Source of the DNA: a virus
IMG/VR virus record: IMGVR_UViG_3300022602_000036
Coordinates: 85,160 to 149,159 of that record
Direction: 5' to 3' (one strand)
Length of the DNA stretch: 64,000 nt
In this document: positions 55,614-64,000 of the stretch, piece after piece
Numbering within the stretch: the stretch's first letter is position 1
Layout: the number at the start of each line of letters is the position of its first letter
Translations under genes and position numbers: made by a program
The notes under the pieces: model-generated
The model's input: the letters and a program-made list of their open reading frames with translations, nothing else
What the model was told of the DNA's origin: nothing
The model's database searches: none

Positions 55614-58271
55614 ATGAGTTATGTAGACGCACTGTTCGATCGTGCTAAAGATCGTATCTATATTGTAGAAAGAGTTAATGGCCTGAGGGAATATCGCGAA
55701 TATCCTGCCAATTATACTTTTTACTATGATGATCCCCGTGGTAAGTTTCGCACTATTTACGACACACCTGTTAGCCGTTTCAACACACGTAACGGTAAAG
55801 AATTCCACAAAGAACTGAAGATCAATTCAGGCAAGCGTATTTGGGAAAGTGATATTAATCCAGTATTCCGTTGCCTAGAAGACAATTATCTAGGACAAAA
55901 GTCACCTAAACTACAAACAGCGTTCTTTGACATTGAAGTTGACTTTGATCCTGTGCGTGGCTTTAGTCGTCCAGAAGATCCATTTAATCCCATAACTGCG
56001 GTATCAGTATACTTGGACTGGTTAGACAAACTGGTTACTATGGTTATCCCGCCCAAGAGCATGAGCTGGGAAACTGCTGAAGAGATCTGTGCCAAATACG
56101 ACAACTGTTTCCTTATGGCTCGTGAAGAGGACCTATTAAAAACGTTCTTGGATCTAATTGATGATGCAGACATCTTAAGTGGGTGGAACTCAGAGGGCTT
56201 TGATATCCCGTACATGGTACAGCGTACCAATCGTGTGCTGAGCAAAGATGACACACGTAGATTCTGCCTATGGGGACAGTACCCTAAACAGCGTGAGTTT
56301 GAACGGTTTGGTGCTAGCAATATTACCTTTGACCTAATCGGTCGCGTGCATATGGACTATATGCAACTGTATCGCAAGTATACCTATGAAGAACGTCACA
56401 GCTACAGTCTAGATGCTATCGCTGAATATGAACTAGATGAACGCAAAACACAGTATGAAGGCACATTAGATCAACTGTACAATCAAGACTTTCCTAAATT
56501 TATTGAGTATAACCGTCAAGATACCGCACTGTTACACAAACTAGATGCTAAACTGCGTTTCTTAGATCTAGCCAATGAACTAGCACATGATAACACTGTA
56601 TTGTTACAAACAACCATGGGTGCTGTGGCTGTTACAGAGCAGGCGATTATCAACGAAGCACATCAACTTGGTATGATTGTGCCCAATCGCAGTAGAGATG
56701 AACAGTTTGACACACAGGCCGCAGGTGCGTATGTAGCAACTCCCAAAGCAGGTATGCATGACTACATTGGCGCTATTGACATTAACAGTCTATATCCAAG
56801 TGCGATTCGCGCATTAAACATGGGTCCAGAAACTATTGTTGGACAGTTAAGACCTGTGATGACAGAACACTACATCAAAGAAAAACAGCAAGGAGGTTCG
56901 TCATTTGCTGACGCATGGGAAGGTTTGTTTGGATCACTAGAATATACCAGTGTAATGAACATGGAACCAGGCACTGAAATTACCATTGATTGGGCCAATG
57001 GCTCCAGTGATGTAGTTAGTGCCGCAGACTGTTGGAGACTTATATTTGACAGTAATAAACCTTGGATTTTAAGTGCCAATGGTACTATTTTTAGTAATGA
57101 ACGCAAAGGCGTTATACCAGGCCTACTAGAACGTTGGTATGCTGAACGTAAAGAAATGCAGGCTAAGAAAAAGGAATCAACTACAAATGAAGATATTGCA
57201 TTTTGGGACAAAAGACAGCTGGTTAAGAAAATTAATCTTAACAGCTTGTATGGTGCTATTCTTAATCCTGGTTGTCGCTTCTTTGATAAGCGTATTGGAC
57301 AATCCACTACCCTTACCGGTCGTACCATTGCCAAACACATGGATGCCTACATAAATGAATGTATCACAGGCAAATATGATCACGTAGGTGAAGCAATTAT
57401 CTATGGTGATACTGACTCATGTTACTTCTCAGCTTGGCCTGCGGTCAAAGCAGACGTTGAAGCGGGTCGTATGGAATGGAACAAAGACATCGCTGTGGGC
57501 TTGTATGATACTATTGCTGATCAAGTCAATGAAAGTTTTCCAGCATTTTGTGAGCGTGCTTTCCATACTCCACGCAAGCAAGGCGAGCTTATCAAAGGTG
57601 GGCGTGAACTAGTAGCACTTAAAGGCTTGTTTATTAAGAAGAAACGCTATGCTGTACTGATCTATGACATGGAAGGCAAGCGTCTAGATACACACAGTAA
57701 TCCAGGTAAAGTAAAAGCCATGGGACTAGACTTAAAACGCAGTGATACTCCTAAGGTTATTCAAGACTTCTTAAGTGAAATCTTGTTAGATACCTTAACT
57801 GGCGCTACCCGTGAAGCTATTATTGACAAAGTGCGCGAGTTTAAATTGGTATTTACAGAGCGTCCAGCTTGGGAAAAAGGTACACCTAAACGTGTTAACA
57901 ACTTGACCAAGTACAGCAAGGAAGAAGAACGCCTAGGTAAAGCCAACATGCCAGGGCATGTACGTGCAGCAATGAATTGGAACAACCTGCGCCGTATGCA
58001 CAGTGACAACTATTCAATGGCTATTGTTGATGGTATGAAGACTATTGTATGTAAACTTAAAGATAATCCTCTAGGTTATACAAGTATTGGATATCCAACA
58101 GACGAGTCGCATATTCCAGCGTGGTTCAAAGAATTACCATTTGATCAAGATTCAATGGAAGCTGGTATTGTAGACCAAAAGGTAGAAAACTTACTAGGTG
58201 TACTCAATTGGAAGATTGGCGAAAACACACAGATTGCCACAACGTTTGATAATCTATTTACGTTTGAATAA
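55614..58271 (+). CDS. family B DNA polymerase (gp43-like)
   Basis: DIE exonuclease, GWNSEGFD, YNRQD, DINSLYPS, K..LNSLYG, YGDTDS, KKRY. Confidence 0.97.
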   Translation: MSYVDALFDRAKDRIYIVERVNGLREYREYPANYTFYYDDPRGKFRTIYDTPVSRFNTRNGKEFHKELKINSGKRIWESDINPVFRCLEDNYLGQKSPKLQTAFFDIEVDFDPVRGFSRPEDPFNPITAVSVYLDWLDKLVTMVIPPKSMSWETAEEICAKYDNCFLMAREEDLLKTFLDLIDDADILSGWNSEGFDIPYMVQRTNRVLSKDDTRRFCLWGQYPKQREFERFGASNITFDLIGRVHMDYMQLYRKYTYEERHSYSLDAIAEYELDERKTQYEGTLDQLYNQDFPKFIEYNRQDTALLHKLDAKLRFLDLANELAHDNTVLLQTTMGAVAVTEQAIINEAHQLGMIVPNRSRDEQFDTQAAGAYVATPKAGMHDYIGAIDINSLYPSAIRALNMGPETIVGQLRPVMTEHYIKEKQQGGSSFADAWEGLFGSLEYTSVMNMEPGTEITIDWANGSSDVVSAADCWRLIFDSNKPWILSANGTIFSNERKGVIPGLLERWYAERKEMQAKKKESTTNEDIAFWDKRQLVKKINLNSLYGAILNPGCRFFDKRIGQSTTLTGRTIAKHMDAYINECITGKYDHVGEAIIYGDTDSCYFSAWPAVKADVEAGRMEWNKDIAVGLYDTIADQVNESFPAFCERAFHTPRKQGELIKGGRELVALKGLFIKKKRYAVLIYDMEGKRLDTHSNPGKVKAMGLDLKRSDTPKVIQDFLSEILLDTLTGATREAIIDKVREFKLVFTERPAWEKGTPKRVNNLTKYSKEEERLGKANMPGHVRAAMNWNNLRRMHSDNYSMAIVDGMKTIVCKLKDNPLGYTSIGYPTDESHIPAWFKELPFDQDSMEAGIVDQKVENLLGVLNWKIGENTQIATTFDNLFTFE

Positions 58272-59242
58272 TGTCAACCTTAAGCGAATTAGTAAAATTT
58301 AAAAATGATCTGTTGGAGTTGATCGCTGATCTATCTTTAGACCGTGCAATCAATGAAAAAATACACTTATTTGATTCATTGCGATTGCGTAACGAATCTG
58401 TAGACTATAATCAACTGATACAGCAACACGTCGGCGACTATCAAAATTTAATTGTTCACAGTAATGATATTATTACTAGAATAAAAAATTCAATTAATAT
58501 TGTTGACAACGACATTACTCAACTGGCTAGTACCGTTGATAATAGTAAATTCACTGAAGAAAACATGTGTTTTCTTTTGCCAACCTCTGATGAAATAGAA
58601 AAGATATTACAGTCTAAAATCAGTGCATCAGGAGATTGGCATTTTCCAGGGCTACAACTTTGTAGATATATTTCAGATGATCATTGGCAATTCTCAGCAA
58701 AATTACAGGAATTTGCAAATGCAAAAACACGCATGGACTATATGATAGCCTGTGATCCCCTGTATATCGTTGGTCAGAATTTCAGCATTTTAGAAAAGAT
58801 TATTGAACCGTTTCCTGATGCATATCAACGTAGATTAAGACTCTATGAGATTAAAAATAGAAACTACAGTGAGTTGCCGCATGATCAATTTGGTCTAATA
58901 CTGTGTTGGGATTATTTTAATTATCTACCAATCGATACCATTGAACAGTATCTTAGATCAATCATTAAATTATTACGTCCAGGTGGCAAACTAGTGTTTA
59001 GTTATACCAATGGAGAAATTGTATCTTCAGCAAAATTGGTTGAGGAACACAAAGCACCTTGGGCCACTGCTAGACTTTTAACAGATATGATTACTGGTCT
59101 AGGATATGAATTTATTGTTGCTGAGAATTTCCCAACTAACGATATGTTTGACTCTTGGATCAGTTGGATGGAAATAAAGAAACCTGGTGAACTAACCACA
59201 GTAAAAAGAGCCCAAGCAGTGGGGGCGGTATTAGCAAAATAA
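58271..59242 (+). CDS. methyltransferase-like protein with N-terminal coiled coil
   Basis: LPHDQFGLILCWDYF, LLRPGGKLVFSY. Confidence 0.65.
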   Translation: MSTLSELVKFKNDLLELIADLSLDRAINEKIHLFDSLRLRNESVDYNQLIQQHVGDYQNLIVHSNDIITRIKNSINIVDNDITQLASTVDNSKFTEENMCFLLPTSDEIEKILQSKISASGDWHFPGLQLCRYISDDHWQFSAKLQEFANAKTRMDYMIACDPLYIVGQNFSILEKIIEPFPDAYQRRLRLYEIKNRNYSELPHDQFGLILCWDYFNYLPIDTIEQYLRSIIKLLRPGGKLVFSYTNGEIVSSAKLVEEHKAPWATARLLTDMITGLGYEFIVAENFPTNDMFDSWISWMEIKKPGELTTVKRAQAVGAVLAK

Positions 59243-59306
59243 ATTTATCAAAACCATTGCACGATCTAAATAAATCATATACACTATATTATCAAAGGAG
59301 AACTAC

Positions 59307-60038
59307 ATGAGAGACCATCTATTAGACATCGTTAAAAACACTTACGGCTTGGGCGGAATTAGCCTAGTCAAAATTACAGGCACAGCTAAAGACACTACCA
59401 TTGAAGCATTAGCAGAAGATCGTTCAGTGATTGTTCAAGGTAAATTAAACAATCCAGTAGCAGAATTCATTGGCACATTTGGTATGCCAAACTTAGATAA
59501 ACTTAACATTATCTTAGGTATTAGCGAATACAAAGAAAACGCTAAGATCACATTAACCACACAAGATCGCAATGGCGAAACAGTTCCAGTGGGCTTACAT
59601 TTTGAAAATGCCGCAGGCGACTTTAAAAATGACTATCGTTTTATGAGTCAAGAGATTGTCAATGACAAACTAAAAACAGTTAAGATGCGCACAGTAAACT
59701 GGAATGTTGAATTTGAACCAACTGTAGCAAATATCCAACGTTTAAAATTTATGGCGTCAGCTAACGCAGAAGAAAACAATTTTACTGCTAAAACTAACAA
59801 CGGTAACTTAGAATTATCATTTGGTGATCATTCAAGCCACGCAGGTAACTTTGTATTCCAAGCAGGTGTTACAGGCGCACTAAGTAAAGGTTGGTCGTGG
59901 CCAGTAGCGGCATTCAGCGCAATCTTAGGTTTATCTGGTGATAAAACTGTTAAGATTTCAGATGAAGGTGCGGCACAGATCACTGTTAACTCAGGTCTAG
60001 CAACTTACAACTATATTTTACCAGCACAAAGTAAATAA
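59307..60038 (+). CDS. DNA polymerase sliding clamp (gp45-like)
   Basis: 243 aa beta-rich, near PolB, ends YNYILPAQ; clamp loader present in window. Confidence 0.7.
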   Translation: MRDHLLDIVKNTYGLGGISLVKITGTAKDTTIEALAEDRSVIVQGKLNNPVAEFIGTFGMPNLDKLNIILGISEYKENAKITLTTQDRNGETVPVGLHFENAAGDFKNDYRFMSQEIVNDKLKTVKMRTVNWNVEFEPTVANIQRLKFMASANAEENNFTAKTNNGNLELSFGDHSSHAGNFVFQAGVTGALSKGWSWPVAAFSAILGLSGDKTVKISDEGAAQITVNSGLATYNYILPAQSK

Positions 60039-60040
60039 CT

Positions 60041-61594
60041 GTGGAAAAAGACAACTTAACCAGTAAGCAAAAAGATTATGCTGTATTCTTGCCTGCATTG
60101 AGTGGCTTCTATGCTACTTATGTAGGCAAACAACGCTACCCTGATGCCAACGGTAACTTGTATGTTGAGTCAACTCGCGTACCAGCAGACTTTGAACATG
60201 GCATTGAAGGACTTAATTGGCTTAATCCAACTGAAGCATACTTTCCCTATCAATGGAGTCTATACTCAGCAGGTCATGCTGAACTAGATATAAACAAGCA
60301 CAGTCCAAAAGAAGATATGGTGCGTAACAGAGATCGTACTAAATCGTTTATCTTGGGTGACAGTGGTGGTTTCCAGATTGGTAAAGGTGTTTGGGAGGGT
60401 GATTGGAAGAATCCTAACTGCCCTAAAGCACAAAAGAAACGTGAGCTAGTTCTTACTTGGATGGATGCATACATGGATTATGGTATGTGTTTAGATATTC
60501 CAGCGTGGGTAGCTCGTAGTCCAGCAGGTGCAAAAGCCACAGGTATCAGCACATATGATGAAGCTGTAGAAGGCACTTACATTAACAATGATTGGTTCAT
60601 TAACAATCGCACAGGTGCTTGTAAGTTCTTAAACGTCTTACAAGGCGAAAATCACGCAGACGCAGACGATTGGTATGATCGTATGAAGAAGTACTGTGAC
60701 CCTAAGCAATATCCAGGTCGTCATTTTAATGGTTGGGCTATGGGTGGACAGAACATGTGTGATGTTCATCTAGTGTTAAAACGTCTGGTGGCTTTACGCT
60801 ATGATAATCTACTACAAGAAGGCATACATGACTGGATGCACTTCTTGGGTACAAGTAAGCTAGAGTGGGCTTGCTTGTTAACTGATATTCAACGTGCTGT
60901 TAGAAAACATGTCAACCCAGCATTTACTATATCATTTGACTGTGCAAGTCCATTCCTAGCTTCAGCTAACGGACAGATTTACATTCAAACTGAAATTGAA
61001 GATCGTAAGAAATGGGTATACCGTATGGTACCTAGCGTAGATGACAAGAAATATGCCAAAGACACACGTAAGTTCAGTGATGCTGTCCTACAAGATGGTA
61101 AGTTTGCTAACTTCACAGACAGTCCTATTAGTAATCGTATTAAGATCAATGATGTGTGTAAGTATGCGCCAGGCGACCTAAATAAGATTGGTAAAGAAGG
61201 CAAAACATCATGGGATAGCTTTAGTTACTGTATTCAAATGGGGCATAACGTTTGGAGCCATATCACAGCCGTACAAGAAGCCAATCGTCAATATGATCAA
61301 GGATTGGTGCCAAACATGCTGGTTCAAGAAACATTTGATCGCGTATACTTTAAAGATGTAGTTAACAGTATATTTGCTGCCAAGGATCGTAGCACAGCAG
61401 AACAGATCATTGAAGATCACAGCAAGTTTTGGCAACAGATTATTGGTACTCGTGGTGCAACAGGTAAGAAAACTGTCAACGCAAGTACTATGTTTAACAA
61501 CTTGTTTGATGTTGAAGAAGAAGAGCATCATATTGATGACAGTGGCCTAGATGAAGGTAGTCTAGATAACTTAGAACTAGGGTTAGGAGAATAG
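60041..61594 (+). CDS. tRNA-guanine transglycosylase / DpdA-like protein
   Basis: GDSGGFQI, LDIP, LNVLQG, GWAMGG, HFLG, SFD catalytic-type motifs; GTG start. Confidence 0.8.
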   Translation: MEKDNLTSKQKDYAVFLPALSGFYATYVGKQRYPDANGNLYVESTRVPADFEHGIEGLNWLNPTEAYFPYQWSLYSAGHAELDINKHSPKEDMVRNRDRTKSFILGDSGGFQIGKGVWEGDWKNPNCPKAQKKRELVLTWMDAYMDYGMCLDIPAWVARSPAGAKATGISTYDEAVEGTYINNDWFINNRTGACKFLNVLQGENHADADDWYDRMKKYCDPKQYPGRHFNGWAMGGQNMCDVHLVLKRLVALRYDNLLQEGIHDWMHFLGTSKLEWACLLTDIQRAVRKHVNPAFTISFDCASPFLASANGQIYIQTEIEDRKKWVYRMVPSVDDKKYAKDTRKFSDAVLQDGKFANFTDSPISNRIKINDVCKYAPGDLNKIGKEGKTSWDSFSYCIQMGHNVWSHITAVQEANRQYDQGLVPNMLVQETFDRVYFKDVVNSIFAAKDRSTAEQIIEDHSKFWQQIIGTRGATGKKTVNASTMFNNLFDVEEEEHHIDDSGLDEGSLDNLELGLGE

Positions 61595-61595
61595 C

Positions 61596-61781
61596 TTGGA
61601 TAAATCTAAACTTGAAGGACACTTAGCAGAACTAGTAGAATACCATCACGGACTTGACAAAAAGATCAAAGAAGGTTATACTAACTATATGGATGACGTA
61701 GGCTTGAGTAAAATGAAACAAGAAAAAGCTCATGTTCGTCGCCAAATTGAAGATACTAAACAAAAATTGGATACTCTATGA
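61596..61781 (+). CDS. DUF465/YdcH-like coiled-coil protein
   Basis: L..L...H..LD..I...MKQEK..V...I. Confidence 0.6.
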   Translation: MDKSKLEGHLAELVEYHHGLDKKIKEGYTNYMDDVGLSKMKQEKAHVRRQIEDTKQKLDTL

Positions 61782-62305
61782 AACGTGAGTACGACACAGG
61801 TACAGCAGAAGCAATTACATTCTTTACAGGCATAGAGATTGAAAAGACTCCAGCATACAACATGCAAACACTATTTGTAGTAGGTGTGCAAAGTACTTTA
61901 AGTATTTTAGAACTAGCAGGTGAACACTACTGTAAACACATTTACTTTGGTGCTAATCAAAGTTTTCCTAAACTAGCTACAGATGATGCAGATGCATGGC
62001 GCCCTTGGGAACAAATGATTAATGCTTGTTTAGAGATGGGCTATTGGTGTACTTTAGATTTTGATGTTAGTGTTGTACAGGGTGTATTAGAAATGCCTGT
62101 AATTGGACATCGTCGTTTTATTCCTCAAGTAAGTGTTAAAATTCCATACTTGACACAGCTTGGATATAATGCTACAATTAAGCTAGACGACTTGGACTTT
62201 GAATACTCTAATCCAGGTGTTTGGTGTCATACACTCAATTCATTGACTACTAGAGAAACATTTACTGATTGGGATCAGTATGGAAAGGATGCAATTATCA
62301 AATGA
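61778..62305 (+). CDS. conserved hypothetical protein in base-modification cluster
   Basis: FFTG.EIEKTPA, HIYFGANQSF, KLDD.DF..SNPGVW. Confidence 0.75.
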   Translation: MKREYDTGTAEAITFFTGIEIEKTPAYNMQTLFVVGVQSTLSILELAGEHYCKHIYFGANQSFPKLATDDADAWRPWEQMINACLEMGYWCTLDFDVSVVQGVLEMPVIGHRRFIPQVSVKIPYLTQLGYNATIKLDDLDFEYSNPGVWCHTLNSLTTRETFTDWDQYGKDAIIK

Positions 62306-62496
62306 TTAAACTATATAGAGAATGGGTAGAAAGTAAACGTCTAGCTAATCTACAGACTAGAATAGCTATGGTCTCTGAACTAGACAAACTTCCTTATATG
62401 AGCAAACGTTTCATTCTAACTGAATGTTTATTATCTAAAGAACAACTTGGCCGCAACGATGAGTTATGGTCAGAAGAACAGGGTGTCTCAAATTGA
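62302..62496 (+). CDS. hypothetical protein
   Basis: ATGA overlap at 62302. Confidence 0.55.
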   Translation: MIKLYREWVESKRLANLQTRIAMVSELDKLPYMSKRFILTECLLSKEQLGRNDELWSEEQGVSN

Positions 62497-62942
62497 TTCA
62501 ATCAGAACGCGAAACTATAAATAGAATTATCAAGGCTAGCCAAAAGAAAGTATGGGTCACCTTTCAAAAGGAAGGCATTCACTGCTATCCTGCAGCCTCA
62601 ACTGATCCTAAACTTAATACTGGAGATGAGTATGATGTATCGTTTCTTGCTAGTCCTCATCGTCACATGTTTCATTTCAGGGTGTCAATCGATGTGTACC
62701 ATGATGACAGAGAACTCGAGTTCATCCAATTCAAAAGATGGCTTGAAAACCTGTATGTACGTGGTGGCGCCGTTTTAGATTTAAATAATAAAAGCTGTGA
62801 AATGATTGCAGATGACTTATATCTGCAGATAGCTGCAAAGTATCCCAATCGCGATGTTCACATTGAAGTAAGTGAAGATGGCGAAAATGGGTGTTATGTT
62901 GAGTACAACTGTACTCGTCCTTACCAAAATGTCACTGTATAG
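62493..62942 (+). CDS. QueD/PTPS-like T-fold protein
   Basis: H.Y...PHRHMFH, EFIQFK, SCEMIA, EVSEDGENG; TTG start. Confidence 0.7.
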   Translation: MIQSERETINRIIKASQKKVWVTFQKEGIHCYPAASTDPKLNTGDEYDVSFLASPHRHMFHFRVSIDVYHDDRELEFIQFKRWLENLYVRGGAVLDLNNKSCEMIADDLYLQIAAKYPNRDVHIEVSEDGENGCYVEYNCTRPYQNVTV

Positions 62943-62953
62943 GAGATTTAATC

Positions 62954-63190
62954 GTGGCACAACAACCAGCTTGGCTTAAGAAGTATCTACGTATGAGCCC
63001 AGAAGTAAGACAAATCTACAACGACTTAGATGCATGGTTAAACTACTGTCGTTTCCGTATGATCAAGTACGATCCTGCTGATTTATACCGCAGTGTAGAG
63101 TATAAAGAGTGGCAAGAACGCCGCAAGAAACGTCAGCAATGGCAGGCTCGCAATGGTGTTGTTCGTAATAACAACAACCGAGGACAATAA
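62954..63190 (+). CDS. basic hypothetical protein
   Basis: GTG start with AGGAG; YNDLDAWLNYCRF, DPADLY. Confidence 0.7.
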   Translation: MAQQPAWLKKYLRMSPEVRQIYNDLDAWLNYCRFRMIKYDPADLYRSVEYKEWQERRKKRQQWQARNGVVRNNNNRGQ

Positions 63191-64000
63191 TGACTGTATA
63201 TCTAGTTGATCTAGAAGCAGTTGAAACTAGATACACGGGTCAGTGGAAGACCCATGTACCTAAGTTGCTTGAGGAACATGGACATGAAGTATATGTTATT
63301 ACGGGCCCGACTGATATACCTAGTGCCACTACTCCTGGTGCTTTCCTCAATTTTGGGGGTACTAATATCTATAAATCTGTTCAGGTTGAACGAATGGCAA
63401 GACTCTTCACAGAAGGCAGGGTTAAGTCAGGAGATCACTTTATATTTACTGATGCTTGGCACCCTGGAATTATCAACCTTAGGTATATGTCTGAACTACT
63501 GGGTATTAAAGTAACTATACATGCATTATGGCATGCTGGTAGTTATGATCCACAGGACTTCTTAGGACGTCTTATTGGTGATGCTCCTTGGGTTAGACAT
63601 GCTGAACAAAGTTTCTTTTATGCCATCGATCACAATTACTTTGCCACAGACTTTCATATTGAAATGTTTGTTAACAATCTATTAGGTGATGACATCAGTG
63701 TAAAATCAAACTTTGCTGATGGTGCTATTATACGTAGTGGCTGGCCTATGGAATATATGCCAGAAACTATTACACCTTATAAGACTACAAAGCGTGATTT
63801 AATCTTATTCCCGCATCGTATAGCACCAGAGAAGCAGGTAGAAATTTTTAAAGACCTTGCTCAATCTATGCCTGAATATGAATGGATTATTTGTCAAGAA
63901 CAAAACCTAACTAAAGAAGGCTATCATACTCTACTAGGTGAAGCTAAGATGGTATTCAGTGCTAACCTACAAGAAACACTAGGTATTAGCATGTATGAAG
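63190..64000 (+). CDS. GT-B (GT4-like) glycosyltransferase, 3' truncated
   Basis: Not in track; MTVYLVDLEAVETRYTGQW...WHAGSYDPQDFLGR...FPHRIAPEKQ...NLQETLGISMYE (R..EK and E.LG...E motifs). Confidence 0.85.
   Translation, partial: MTVYLVDLEAVETRYTGQWKTHVPKLLEEHGHEVYVITGPTDIPSATTPGAFLNFGGTNIYKSVQVERMARLFTEGRVKSGDHFIFTDAWHPGIINLRYMSELLGIKVTIHALWHAGSYDPQDFLGRLIGDAPWVRHAEQSFFYAIDHNYFATDFHIEMFVNNLLGDDISVKSNFADGAIIRSGWPMEYMPETITPYKTTKRDLILFPHRIAPEKQVEIFKDLAQSMPEYEWIICQEQNLTKEGYHTLLGEAKMVFSANLQETLGISMYE

Noticed and set aside
55614-58271. Intein or intron in PolB (also ligase, clamp loader, ClpA)
   Set aside because: Motif spacing and lengths are normal; no intein or homing-endonuclease motifs
63221-63514. 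97-aa ORF in the track
   Set aside because: Alternate frame inside the truncated glycosyltransferase starting at 63190
1-64000. Stop-codon reassignment as in some jumbo phages
   Set aside because: Conserved genes are full length in the standard code and TAA, TAG and TGA all terminate genes
1-64000. Cellular origin suggested by infA, clpA, dnaJ, dps, sod, erpA
   Set aside because: Interspersed with baseplate, lysis, gp43/44/45-like genes and T4-late-like promoters; no cellular operon context

Overview
This 64 kb window comes from a large (jumbo-type) tailed dsDNA phage. It is AT-rich, densely coded and mostly on the + strand, and reads cleanly in the standard code. Gene content and order resemble RaK2/GAP32-like jumbo myoviruses, and the spanins imply a Gram-negative host (both are inference). 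Modules: (1) early small genes with DNA ligase, SleB-like hydrolase and GGCT; (2) host-like genes (IF-1, SOD, ErpA, GroES, DnaJ, ClpA, Dps, PhoH, SpeD); (3) baseplate/tail genes at 12.6-19.1 kb; (4) a lysis cassette (GH19 endolysin, spanins, holin); (5) a ~17 kb late region (36.4-53.4 kb) whose proteins share a T4-internal-protein-like N-terminal signal and internal [LIV]xE sites, read here as a capsid-packaged, protease-processed enzyme cargo; (6) replication genes (PolB, clamp, clamp loader, DnaE fragment) beside a TGT/DpdA-like, QueD-like and glycosyltransferase base-modification cluster. Two promoter classes are visible: sigma70 consensus and a T4-late-like (A)TAAATA box. Three intergenic structured-RNA candidates on the minus strand each sit directly behind a TAAATA box. 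Scattered modification-enzyme genes appear to be leaderless cassettes. No tRNA, CRISPR array, integrase or reverse transcriptase was recognised. All protein calls are motif recognition by eye; no database search was run.
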